64,000 bases of DNA from Hyaloraphidium curvatum SAG 235-1 (taxonomy: Eukaryota > Fungi > Monoblepharomycota). Within the stretch, counting starts at the first letter, position 1. Each line of letters starts with the position of its first letter. The DNA is taken from NCBI GenBank assembly GCA_025558095.1, contig JAIVFI010000035.1:372001-436000 (forward strand), read 5' to 3'. Made by a program: the position numbers and the translations under genes. Below are positions 47,595 through 56,903 of this stretch, one piece after another. The notes below the pieces were generated by a model. The model made no database searches and was not told where the DNA came from. It saw nothing but the letters and a program-made list of their open reading frames with translations.

Positions 47595-50237
47595 ATGCTC
47601 GCGGCATTTGCGGTGCCGGTGCACCAGGCCGCCTCCAACGCCGGGGCCCGCGCGTACCTGTCCCGCCCCGGCGCCGATGGCGCGCGCGGGTTGGGGGACG
47701 GCCTCCTCGCGCGGGCGGCGGCCGCCGTGCCCCTCGCCGGGGCGCTGCTCCTCCGAGGGGCGGCGCTGTTTCCGCCGGACGGCGCGGCCCGATCGGCGAT
47801 GGCCGAGCGGGCCGCCAACACGGGCGTAGGGATGGTGCTGCACCTGGCCTGCATTCGTGCCTGCGGGACCGGGGCGGCGGCCGCGGTGTCGGGCACCGCG
47901 GCGCTGTGGGCGTTCCCGCTCGCGTACTTCTCGCTGGGCGAAAACCCGTCCCCGACGAGCCTGGCCGCGGCGCTGATGGGCTTCGTGGGGCTGGCGCTGC
48001 TGGCCGCGGACGGGGGAGGCACTGCCGGCGGCAACGGGACTTGGCTGGTCGGCCTCGCGTGCGGCCTGTTCGCCTCGCTGTTCTTCGCGCAGCAGCAAGT
48101 GCAGGCACGCAAGGTGCTGCGGAAGGAGGGCGGCGCGCCGGCCGTGTCGGCCGAACATTTGGCGCTCGCTGCTTCAATAGGCCAGGCAGCCGTGGGGTTT
48201 CCGCTCTCCATCTGGTCCCACTGGGCGACATTGAGAGCGGGGAGCGTGCCACTGCTGCTCCGTTCTTTGTGCGGCGACTTCATCGACCTTGCCTCCGCGG
48301 GCATCTGCGCCTTTTCGGCCGCCTACTCCACCGCCCTCAGAGCTCGCGTCGCCGTGCGCCTTCCCGCCTCCACCGTGCTGACCATCGGCAGCCTCAACGT
48401 GCTGCTGGCGTACATATTCGAAATTGCCTGGGCGGGCCGCCCACCGGGCGCGCGCGAGGCGATGGGATCAGCTTTACTTGTCACGGGGGTGCTCGTTGCC
48501 GCCGCAGAGGGGCGCGTAGGGCAGTGGGCGGCACGGATCACGACCGGGATAACCGCCCGACGTGGACCGTGGAAGAAACGGGCAGCGGTGGCCGCCTCGC
48601 TTGCCGCCGCTGCGATCGCCGTCGTCCGGACGGCGGAGCCCCCGCGGCTGCCGGCGGGCGACGAGCTAGTGTCCCTGGCCGGCCGTCTGCTGCTTGCCCG
48701 GGACGCGCTGGATGCCGGATGGGCTGACCGCCCGCTGATGCCTCTGGCGACGGACCAGGCGCGGGAGTGGCGGCGGCAGTGGGAAGAGGACGACGGGCTT
48801 TCGGACTTTGATCCCGGGGAGATGGAACGCGTGGGGGAGGCGCTGGCACGCAACCGCAATGCGTCGGCGGAGGCGAAGGAACAGCTGGTGCGACAACAGG
48901 CCTACCTGGACGAGCGTTTCCCGCCTGGGCAGCCTCCCAACCCTCTCATGCCAGGGTGCAGGCTGGCCGCGGGCGGGGCGTCGCCAGAAAATCCAGCCCA
49001 GTGCGATCTGGCCCCCGTAGTGCGCCAGCGCAGGGCGCCCTACGCGCGCGCGCTTCACGCCGCGGTGTTTGTCGACAGGTCGGCGTACCTCCTTGGCCTG
49101 GCGGCGCTCATTAGGAGTCTGGTTGAGGCGGCAAGCAAGACTGCCTACCGGCCGGAAGGCGGGCAGCCGATGAGCCTCGCGCCGAAATTCTTCATCGGGT
49201 TCGACGGCGATCCGGAGGAGATGCTGGGGTACCTTTCTTGCCTGGGCCTACTCTCCCCGGACGAGGCCGCCGCCGCGCAGCGCTCCTCCTTTCCATACGT
49301 GGGCCCCGACATCCCCCTTTTCTCGGACCCGCCCGCGGCGGCCGACCTCCCCACCATCTCCGCTGGCCGCTTCCTGATACGCAAGATCCCCCCGGCGACA
49401 TCGCTGCTCGCCCCGGCCGGCCTCGACGCCTCCCGCCGCCACCTCTCCAACCCCGCCTCGGCCGCGCGCGCATTCCCGCTCCTCCTGTTCCCGGAACTGG
49501 GCTGCGAAGCTCCGCTCCTCGCCGACGCCGACTCGATCTTCCTCTCGGACCCGTCATCGGACATCGAACCGCCCGGCATGGAAGAGCACCGCCTACCCAA
49601 CACCGACGCGGATCCCACCGGCCCCATCCCCGCGCTCCTCCGCGCCGGTGCGGCGCAGGGAACCGTGCCGTTCCACGGGCTCACGGGGGCTTACTTGCCC
49701 CCCCGTTTCCTGCGGCGTTTGGCCCTCGCCCTGCGGATGCTTCCCTTCCCCGGCGGCGATGCCGTGCAGCTGCCACTGCTCCCGCTGTCCAACTCGGGCA
49801 TCGCGTTCCACTCTTCATGCCACGCCCGGGTGCTCCGCGGCGAAGCCCGCGCCGCCGCTTTGCTCGCCCTGCACCGCGCCGCGCCACTGTGGCCGGGGAT
49901 CGCCGCATGGGGCGTCGCCGTGCGCGCAGCGTACGCACCCGGATGGGCGCCGGTGCCGCACCATTGGAACGTGGGGGCGGTCGGCAAACGCACGCGGCCA
50001 AGGAGCATGGCCGGGGAGGTGATCGGGGCGGGCGCGCTGCATTGGACCTACGGGAGGAAGCCGTGGGAGGGGATGCTGGGTAAGAGTGAGAGAGTGGGGG
50101 AGGGGGAGGTGATTGGGGAGGGGGGCGAGAGGTTGAAGGTGGTGAGCGAGGGGCTGGAGTTCGTGTGGGAGCGGTTCGCGGGCGACAAGGGCGTGTTGGG
50201 CCGGTGCTATGCGACGGTGGCCGATAGGAACGAGTGA
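47595..50237 (+). CDS. EamA/DMT-type transporter fused to GT8-like glycosyltransferase (copy A), intronless
   Basis: About 10 hydrophobic helices with LAYFSLGE.P and LLAYIFEIAWAGRPP..GSALLVTG (EamA repeats). Then YLLGLAALIRSL, DAD (DxD), SNSGI, HWNVG and LHWTYGRKPW (GT8/GT-A motifs). Confidence 0.75.
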   Translation: MLAAFAVPVHQAASNAGARAYLSRPGADGARGLGDGLLARAAAAVPLAGALLLRGAALFPPDGAARSAMAERAANTGVGMVLHLACIRACGTGAAAAVSGTAALWAFPLAYFSLGENPSPTSLAAALMGFVGLALLAADGGGTAGGNGTWLVGLACGLFASLFFAQQQVQARKVLRKEGGAPAVSAEHLALAASIGQAAVGFPLSIWSHWATLRAGSVPLLLRSLCGDFIDLASAGICAFSAAYSTALRARVAVRLPASTVLTIGSLNVLLAYIFEIAWAGRPPGAREAMGSALLVTGVLVAAAEGRVGQWAARITTGITARRGPWKKRAAVAASLAAAAIAVVRTAEPPRLPAGDELVSLAGRLLLARDALDAGWADRPLMPLATDQAREWRRQWEEDDGLSDFDPGEMERVGEALARNRNASAEAKEQLVRQQAYLDERFPPGQPPNPLMPGCRLAAGGASPENPAQCDLAPVVRQRRAPYARALHAAVFVDRSAYLLGLAALIRSLVEAASKTAYRPEGGQPMSLAPKFFIGFDGDPEEMLGYLSCLGLLSPDEAAAAQRSSFPYVGPDIPLFSDPPAAADLPTISAGRFLIRKIPPATSLLAPAGLDASRRHLSNPASAARAFPLLLFPELGCEAPLLADADSIFLSDPSSDIEPPGMEEHRLPNTDADPTGPIPALLRAGAAQGTVPFHGLTGAYLPPRFLRRLALALRMLPFPGGDAVQLPLLPLSNSGIAFHSSCHARVLRGEARAAALLALHRAAPLWPGIAAWGVAVRAAYAPGWAPVPHHWNVGAVGKRTRPRSMAGEVIGAGALHWTYGRKPWEGMLGKSERVGEGEVIGEGGERLKVVSEGLEFVWERFAGDKGVLGRCYATVADRNE

Positions 50238-50249
50238 AAGGGGATCAGC

Positions 50250-51087
50250 CTTGGCACTCATCTGTCAAAACGGACGATTGCGCATGAAGTGATCCGCTTG
50301 ACCTATGAAATCCACTGTCACCCCCGGGGTGGTGCCTTTTTGGATGGGTATGCCTGTGGAGGTTCCCCGATCTCACTCTGTCCGCCGACCCAGGACGTCC
50401 CGCTTGGCGCCCATCTGACAAAAAGGACAATTGCAAATAGAATGAACTATTCGACCTATAAGATCCGCGGCGCCACCTTTTTTGACGGCTGCCAGGACGG
50501 GGATTCCCAGCCGAGTTTCCTCGATCCCTGTCCACCAACCCAGGGGGTGCCGCTGGGCGCTCATGTGTCAAAAAGCATGTTTGCACGTGGATTGAGCTAC
50601 TTGACCGATGAGATCCACTGAAACCTCAGGGATGGCTGCTGTCGGGACGGGGATGGCGAGGTTCAAGCCCACCGGCCTCCCGATCCTGACTAGGCGACCC
50701 AGGGGCTGCTGCTTGGCACCCATCTGTCAGAAAGACGTTTTACACGCAGATTGAGCTACTTGACCGATGAGATCCAGTGGAACCCCCGGGATGGCTGCTG
50801 GGACGGGCTTGCCGAGTTCCCAGCCTGACACCTGCCGAGCTTGCCCAAACACGATCCACCAACCCAGGGCCTTCCGTTTGGCGTCCATCTGTCAAAAAGG
50901 ACAATTGCAAATAGAATGAACTATTCGACCTATGAGATCCGCGGGTGCCACCAGTTTGACGGCTGCCGGGACGGGTGTTCCCAGCCGCGTTTCCCCGATC
51001 CCTGTCCACCGACCCAGGGGATGCCGCTTGGCGCCCATGTGTCAAAAAGCATGTTGGCACGTGAGATCGAGCTACTTGACACATGGG
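50250..51087. repeat. Six-unit degenerate tandem array with 150-165 bp monomers and an internal inverted repeat
   Basis: Anchor CAT(C/G)TG(T/A)CA at 50259, 50412, 50562, 50721, 50886 and 51036. Units 2/5 and 3/6 are closest pairs. Lower GC than the flanks. Confidence 0.9.
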
Positions 51088-51138
51088 ATCAAGCGGGCAA
51101 CCCCGGGCTGCGGCCGTCCCAATGGGGCCATGATTCCC

Positions 51139-52638
51139 TCACCCCTCCTCCGGCGACGGCGCCCCCTCCAGCGCCGGCAAGTACTCCGCGGCCGCCTCCC
51201 TGCCCGCCCACATCCTGAGCGATGCCGCCCGCTCCGAGTAGCTGCTCCTCCTCGTTCCCGCGTACCTCGCGCCGCACGCCAGCAACACGTGCGACGCCGC
51301 GTAGGAGGCCAGCTCCTCCGCCACCGGCGGGTCCGCACGGTGCACGGCGACGGGAATGTCGAAGGGGCCGGTAGAGAGGTCGATCACAGGCCCGGCCTGG
51401 CCGGGGCAGAGGGGGGCGCGGGCACGGACGACGGCGTCGCGGAGGCCCGCCGAGACGTGCAGGTCCGAGGAGAGGACGAGCGTGCCGCAGCCAAGGGCGG
51501 CGGCACCCTCTGCGGCACGGGGGAGGTCGGTGCCACAGATGCGGCCGGGGACGCCGGCGGCGAGGCGGCGGCAGAAGGTGGCGTAGTCGTTGCGCGCGCG
51601 GACGTGCGCGGAGGAGTAGCTTGTCGGGGGGCAAGGGCCCCCGGGGGAGGCAAGAAATGCGGTGAGCTCGGCGGACGGCGCGGAAGTTGCGTCCGGGGTG
51701 CCAGGAATGGGCGAGGGGAGCGCCGCCGACAGCCACAGCTGCGCGACGCGCGAGACCCACGGCTGCGGGGGCAGCAGCGAGCCGGCGCCGAGCGGGAGAG
51801 CGTTCTGCGCCGAGAGCGCGTCGGCGAGAGAGGGTTGGCCGGGAAGTGCGCGGATCGGGACGCCCCAGGCGAAGGGGACGGCGACCACGGGTGGGATGCC
51901 CGGGGGCGACGCGGCGCGGGCCGCGGCAAGCAGGTCCGCCGCGAGGCCGGGGCGGTTCCAGAGCACCGTCACTGATGCACAGACGTAGTTCGGAGGGTAG
52001 TCTGCCGCGGCCCGCGTGCGCAGCATGAAAGGTTCGACCGCGCATGCCACCCGTGGGCGTGGCAGGACGGTCGCGTTGCGCCCGGGCAGTACGGGGAGCA
52101 GAGCATCGGGCACGCCCAGCTTCGCGGCCTCATCGGCGGATAGAAACAGCGGCGAGCCGTCCGCCAGCTTCCAGCCGTCCAGGCGGTACAGCCTGCCGAC
52201 GGGCACCTCGGGCGTCGCCCAGCTGCGCGGCCGTGAAAAGGCCGGCTCGATCAGGCGGCAGCCGAGCACGTCCCGCGCCAGCAGCGCCGCCCGCACGACC
52301 CCGAGCACCTGGTTCGAGTGGGCCGCGGCACTTCCTGCCGCGAGGTCCGCTGCCACGACGCACCCGGCGGGCCGAAGGGGTCTCCCGACCGGCAGCCCGA
52401 AACGCACGCCAAAAAACGCCAGCTGCTGCCACGACCGCAAGCTGTCGGGCGGTCCCCGCACGATCGGCGGCGGCAGCGCCGCGGGGTCCAGCGCGGAGAG
52501 GAGCAGCCCGCCGAGGCCTGCAGGCGCGTCGGGGGGTTCCCGCGGCGGACGCCCCCGCATTGCCGTCGCTGCTGCAAGGAGCACGCAAAACAAGAACAGG
52601 GCAAACCGTAGGACGCGAAACAACGCGCGCCGCAGCAT
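51139..52638 (-). CDS. O-fucosyltransferase-like (GT-B; GT65/GT68-like) type II membrane glycosyltransferase, intronless
   Basis: TM anchor FALFLFCVLLAAATA; HSNQVLGVVRAALLA..LGCRLIEP; SAHVRARND; LVLSSD; YAGTRRSSYS (GDP-fucose-binding motifs of POFUT-type enzymes). Confidence 0.7.
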   Translation of the reverse strand: MLRRALFRVLRFALFLFCVLLAAATAMRGRPPREPPDAPAGLGGLLLSALDPAALPPPIVRGPPDSLRSWQQLAFFGVRFGLPVGRPLRPAGCVVAADLAAGSAAAHSNQVLGVVRAALLARDVLGCRLIEPAFSRPRSWATPEVPVGRLYRLDGWKLADGSPLFLSADEAAKLGVPDALLPVLPGRNATVLPRPRVACAVEPFMLRTRAAADYPPNYVCASVTVLWNRPGLAADLLAAARAASPPGIPPVVAVPFAWGVPIRALPGQPSLADALSAQNALPLGAGSLLPPQPWVSRVAQLWLSAALPSPIPGTPDATSAPSAELTAFLASPGGPCPPTSYSSAHVRARNDYATFCRRLAAGVPGRICGTDLPRAAEGAAALGCGTLVLSSDLHVSAGLRDAVVRARAPLCPGQAGPVIDLSTGPFDIPVAVHRADPPVAEELASYAASHVLLACGARYAGTRRSSYSERAASLRMWAGREAAAEYLPALEGAPSPEEG

Positions 52639-52778
52639 TGCGATGTGCGTGGGATGCAGCGCCGCGATCGACGCGTCCCATGTAAACACCGCCCGGCATG
52701 CCTGGAAGCTGTTGCACGAGACACGCATCCCTACAAGGAAACGCATCTTCGGAAGCGCCGGGCCAGGTTGGTCCCGCA

Positions 52779-55415
52779 TCACCGCTTGCCGTCCGCCACC
52801 GCCACATAGCACTGTCGCAGCATGGCGTTGTCCCCCGCGAACCTCTCCCACACTATCTCCAGCCCCTCCCTCACCACCCTCAGCCTCTCCCCTGCCTCTC
52901 CCGTTACCCACCCCTCCCCCTCCTTCGCCCGGCCCCGCGTTCCTTCCCACGGCTTCCTCCCGTGCGTCCAATGCAGCGCCCCGGCCCCCATCACCTCCCC
53001 CGCCATGCTCCTCGGCCGCGTGCGCTTCCCCACCGCCCCGACGTTCCAATGGTGCGCCACGGGCGCCCACCCCGGCGCGTACGCGAGCCGGTTGGCCAGC
53101 CCCCACGCCGCGATGCCCGGCCACAGGGGCGCGGCGAGGTGCAGCGCGAGCAGCGCGGCGGTCCGCTGCTCGGCGAGGAGCACGCGCGCGTGGCAGGAGG
53201 ACTGGAACGCGATGCCGGTGTTAGCCAGCGGGAGCTGGGGCAGCCGAGCGGCATCCCAGCCGGGGAAGGGGAGGAGACGCAGGGCGAGGGCCATGCGCCG
53301 CAGGGCGCGGGGGGGGAGGTACGCGGCCGCGAGCCCGTGGAACGGAACGAGTCCTTGTGCGGCGCCGGCGCGGACGAGCGCGGGGAGGGGGGCGGTGGGG
53401 TCGGCGTCGGTGTTGGGCAACCTGTGCGAGCGCAGGCCGGGGGGTTCGAGGTCCGACGAGGGGTCCGAGAGGAACAGCGAGTCTGCGTCGGCGAGGAGGG
53501 GAGATTCGCAGCCGAGTTCGGGAAAGAGAAGGAGGGGGAAGGGGCGGGCGGCCGAAGCGGGGTTGGACAAGTGCCGCCGGGCAGGGTCGAGACCAGTGGG
53601 GGCGAGCAGCGAGGTCGCGGGCGGGAGCTTGCGGATGAGAAAACGGCCCACGGAGATGGTTGGGAGGTCGGCCACCGCAGGTGGGTCCAGGGAGAGGGGA
53701 GTGTCGGGGCCCACGTACGGGAAGGAGGACCGCTGCGCTGCCCCGGCCTCGTCAGGGGACACGAGGCCAAGGCACGCAAGGTATCCAAGCATCTCCTCCG
53801 GCTCCCCTTCGTACCCGACGAAAAACTTCGGCGGCAGGCTCTGCGGCGGCCCTCCATCCAGCGGGTAGGCCGTCTTGCCCGCAGCCTCAAGCAGGCTCCG
53901 AATCAGCGCCGCCAGGCCAAGAAGGTACCCAGACCTGTCGACAAACACCGCCGTGTGCAGTGGGCGGGCGTAGGGCTGCCTGCGCTGACGCACCGCGGGG
54001 GCCAGCGCGCACGCCGATGGATCCGAGGGAGGTGCACCGCCGGCGGCCAGCCTGCACGCCGGCATGAGCGGGTTGGGAGGCTCCCCCGGCGGGAACAGCG
54101 CGTCCAAATACACCTGCTGCCTCGCCAACTGCTTAATCGCACCCTCCGACGCGGTGCGGTTGCGCGCCAGCGCCTCCTTCACCCGGTCCATCTCGCCGGG
54201 GTCGAAATCCGAAAACCCATCGTCCTCTTCCCACTGTCGCCGCCACGCCCGCGCCTCCTCCGGCGGCAGCGGCATCTGCGGGCGGTCGGCCCATTCGTCG
54301 TCCAGCGCGTCGCGGGCGAGGAGCAGACGTCCGGCAAGGGAGACCAGCTCGTCGCCCTCCGCCACCAGTGAAGGCTCGCCATTGCGGACGACGCCGATCG
54401 TGGCCGCGGCGAAGGAGGCGACGACCGCAGCGCGCTTCTTCCACGGTCCGTGCCGGGTGCCGATCCCGCCGGCGATCCGAGGGGCCCACTGCGCGTCGCG
54501 GCCTTCGGCAGCGGCCACCAGCACCCCGGCGACAAGCAGCGCAGATCCCACGGCCTCGCGCGCACCCGGCATGCGGCCGGTCCATGAGACCTCAAAGAGG
54601 TACGCAAGCAGCACGTTTAGGCTGCCGATTGTCAGCACGGTTGAAGCTAGGAGGCGTGCGGCGACGCGGGCGCGGAGGGCGGTGGAGTAGGCGGCCGAGA
54701 AGGCGCAGACGCCGGCTGAAACGACGTCTGTCACGTCGCCGCAGAAAGAACGGAGCAGCAGCAGGAAGTCTCCCGCGCGCAATGTTGCCCAATGGGCCCA
54801 AATCGAGAGCGGCAGCCCGACGGCAGCCTGCCCGAGTGATGCCGCGAGCGCCAAATGTTCGGCCGACACGGCCGGGGTGCCGCCCTCCTTCCGCAGCACC
54901 TTGCGGGCCTGCACCTGCTGCTGTGCCAAAAACAGCGATGCCGCCAGGCCGCACGCGATCCCGACGATCCACGCGCCCGCGCCGCCGGCGGGATCGTCGC
55001 CTCCGTCGGCCACTAAGAGGGCCAGCCCAGCCAGCCCCATCAGGGCCGCCCACACGGCGGTCGCGGCCGGCTTCTCGCCGAGCGAGAAGTACGCCAGCGG
55101 GAAGGCCCACAGCGCCGCGGTGCCCGACACCGCGGCGGCGACCCCGGTCCCGCAGGCGCGGAGGCATGCCAGGTGCAGCACCATCCCCGCGCCCGTGTTT
55201 GCCGCCCGCTCGGCCATGGCCGACCGGCCGCCCCGCGGGAACAGCGCCGCGCCGCGGAGGATCAACGCACCCGCGAGGGGCGCCGCGGCCGCCGACCGCG
55301 CGAGCAGGCCGTCGCCCAACCCGCGCGCGCCATCGGCGCCGGGGCGGGACAGGTACGCGCGGGCCGCGGCGTGCGACGCCGCTTGGTGCGCGGGGACCGC
55401 AAATGCCGCGAGCAT
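52779..55415 (-). CDS. EamA/DMT-type transporter fused to GT8-like glycosyltransferase (copy B, inverted paralog), intronless
   Basis: Collinear and highly similar to 47595-50237 over its full length (MLAAFAVP..., LLADADS, HHWNVGAVGKRTRPRSMAGEV, LHWTHGRKPW). Confidence 0.75.
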   Translation of the reverse strand: MLAAFAVPAHQAASHAAARAYLSRPGADGARGLGDGLLARSAAAAPLAGALILRGAALFPRGGRSAMAERAANTGAGMVLHLACLRACGTGVAAAVSGTAALWAFPLAYFSLGEKPAATAVWAALMGLAGLALLVADGGDDPAGGAGAWIVGIACGLAASLFLAQQQVQARKVLRKEGGTPAVSAEHLALAASLGQAAVGLPLSIWAHWATLRAGDFLLLLRSFCGDVTDVVSAGVCAFSAAYSTALRARVAARLLASTVLTIGSLNVLLAYLFEVSWTGRMPGAREAVGSALLVAGVLVAAAEGRDAQWAPRIAGGIGTRHGPWKKRAAVVASFAAATIGVVRNGEPSLVAEGDELVSLAGRLLLARDALDDEWADRPQMPLPPEEARAWRRQWEEDDGFSDFDPGEMDRVKEALARNRTASEGAIKQLARQQVYLDALFPPGEPPNPLMPACRLAAGGAPPSDPSACALAPAVRQRRQPYARPLHTAVFVDRSGYLLGLAALIRSLLEAAGKTAYPLDGGPPQSLPPKFFVGYEGEPEEMLGYLACLGLVSPDEAGAAQRSSFPYVGPDTPLSLDPPAVADLPTISVGRFLIRKLPPATSLLAPTGLDPARRHLSNPASAARPFPLLLFPELGCESPLLADADSLFLSDPSSDLEPPGLRSHRLPNTDADPTAPLPALVRAGAAQGLVPFHGLAAAYLPPRALRRMALALRLLPFPGWDAARLPQLPLANTGIAFQSSCHARVLLAEQRTAALLALHLAAPLWPGIAAWGLANRLAYAPGWAPVAHHWNVGAVGKRTRPRSMAGEVMGAGALHWTHGRKPWEGTRGRAKEGEGWVTGEAGERLRVVREGLEIVWERFAGDNAMLRQCYVAVADGKR

Positions 55416-55769
55416 GCCGGCGGGAGGGGTGGGAAGCTTGCGGTTCGGTCGGACAATAGGGGGATCGCCAGTGGCGAGCACAGCCCAGTATTGTTGCGCC
55501 AGGCTTCTCCATCCGCCTTGATGGCCGCTCCCTGTCGCCGCTCGGGAGCGTAACCAGCTCCGTAGCGCGCACCAACTGTAGAGCGAGGTCGAAGGTCCGT
55601 CGCCGATGTCGTTCTCGCAGAGGAGGACTGTCAACGGCGGCATCTGACCTGGACTCGCAATGCCCTGACGAACTCGAGCAGCGTTGGATGCAGCGACCAA
55701 GATCGAATCGAAATAGCAATTACATCGCTGCTCGAGCCATCGGCGTGTTTTTCGTCCCTCCTTCGGCCA

Positions 55770-56903
55770 TTACGCCCCGACCAGTAGAGCCGGGATCGCT
55801 GCCGGCTTCGGCGGCGGCACCGGCGGCACGTCCATCACCAGGGTCTGATCCGGCTTCGCGTCCCGCTCGTCCGTCTGCTGCCAGGCCCCCGCAAACACCT
55901 TCCCGAACCACGCCTTGGGGCTCCCCCTCCCCCGGCGCGCCGCCAACTTGGGCAGCCCCTCGGCGCCCGCCGACGCGTCCTTCCTTAGCACTACACCCTG
56001 CGCCTCGCCCCTTGCGGGCTCGCAGACGGGCCCCTCGGCGAGCCACGGATGCCTTAGCGCGGCCTCGGCGCTGCAGCGCACGCGGCAGTCCATCAGGTGC
56101 CGGACAAAGTGCTTGGCCAGGGGGTCGACATAGCTGCCGGCCGGGAAAGGGAGGAAGAAGGCGGCGCCGGAGGGAGAGGGTTTGTAGCTGGCCATGACCT
56201 CGGCAAAGAGGCCGTCGGCGGTCGGGGAGCGGTACGGCCAGGCGCCAGAGAGCATCGCGTAGGCGACGACGCCGACCGAGTAGGTGTCCACGAAGCCGCC
56301 GTCGGCGGGGTACGGCACGCCCCGCACAGCGCTCTCGAGCACCGTGGGGGCCGAGTAGCGCACCGAGCCCGAGGCGCCCGCGAAGCGCGAGGAGCGGTCG
56401 AAGGGGACGGCGAGGCCAAAGTCCACGAGCTTGACCGTGCCGTCGGGGCAGACCACGGCGTTCTCGAGCTTGATGTCGCGGTGCAGCAGGCCGCGCGAGT
56501 GGGCGAACCGCAGCGCCGAGAGGAGCTGGTGGGTGATCTCCCTCGCCTCGCCGGCTGGCAGGCAGCCCCCGCTGTTCTGCACGTGGTCGAACAGGTCCGG
56601 GCCGTCGACGAGCTCCTCGACGATGTACGTCGACTCGCGGAGGTGCACGACGTCGAGCAGCCGCACGATGTTGGGGTGCCCGCGGAGCGCCCGCAGCGCG
56701 GTCACCTCGGCGGCCGTCTCGGGCGCGTCGCGGCGGCACCGCTTGACGGCGGCGCGCTCGCCGGTGGCGCGGTGGCGCGCAGTGAACACCTGGCCGAAGC
56801 TGCCGGCGCCGACGCGGCGCTCGAGGCGCCACGGGCCGACGCAGGGCGGGGGCGGCGTCGCCGGCTCGGCGCCCGCGGTGTGGGAGCTGGAGGCGGAGGA
56901 CAT
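55770..56903 (-). CDS. Ser/Thr protein kinase (CAMK-group-like), intronless
   Basis: VGAGSFGQV, AVK, HPNIVRLLD, HRDIKLEN, DFGLA, DTYSVGVV. The APE motif reads APT. Confidence 0.9.
   Translation of the reverse strand: MSSASSSHTAGAEPATPPPPCVGPWRLERRVGAGSFGQVFTARHRATGERAAVKRCRRDAPETAAEVTALRALRGHPNIVRLLDVVHLRESTYIVEELVDGPDLFDHVQNSGGCLPAGEAREITHQLLSALRFAHSRGLLHRDIKLENAVVCPDGTVKLVDFGLAVPFDRSSRFAGASGSVRYSAPTVLESAVRGVPYPADGGFVDTYSVGVVAYAMLSGAWPYRSPTADGLFAEVMASYKPSPSGAAFFLPFPAGSYVDPLAKHFVRHLMDCRVRCSAEAALRHPWLAEGPVCEPARGEAQGVVLRKDASAGAEGLPKLAARRGRGSPKAWFGKVFAGAWQQTDERDAKPDQTLVMDVPPVPPPKPAAIPALLVGA

Noticed and set aside
50250-51087. Repeat array as a CRISPR array or a protein-coding repeat
   Set aside because: The variable parts are homologous to one another rather than unique spacers, the units are far too long, and there are no cas genes in this eukaryotic context. 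The frames checked have stops and the unit differences are mostly non-synonymous.
51139-53124. 661-aa ORF suggesting a fusion of the O-FucT-like gene with upstream sequence
   Set aside because: The first ~160 codons are an alternative frame of EamA-GT8 copy B plus intergenic DNA. The credible start is the ATG at 52638, before the TM anchor.
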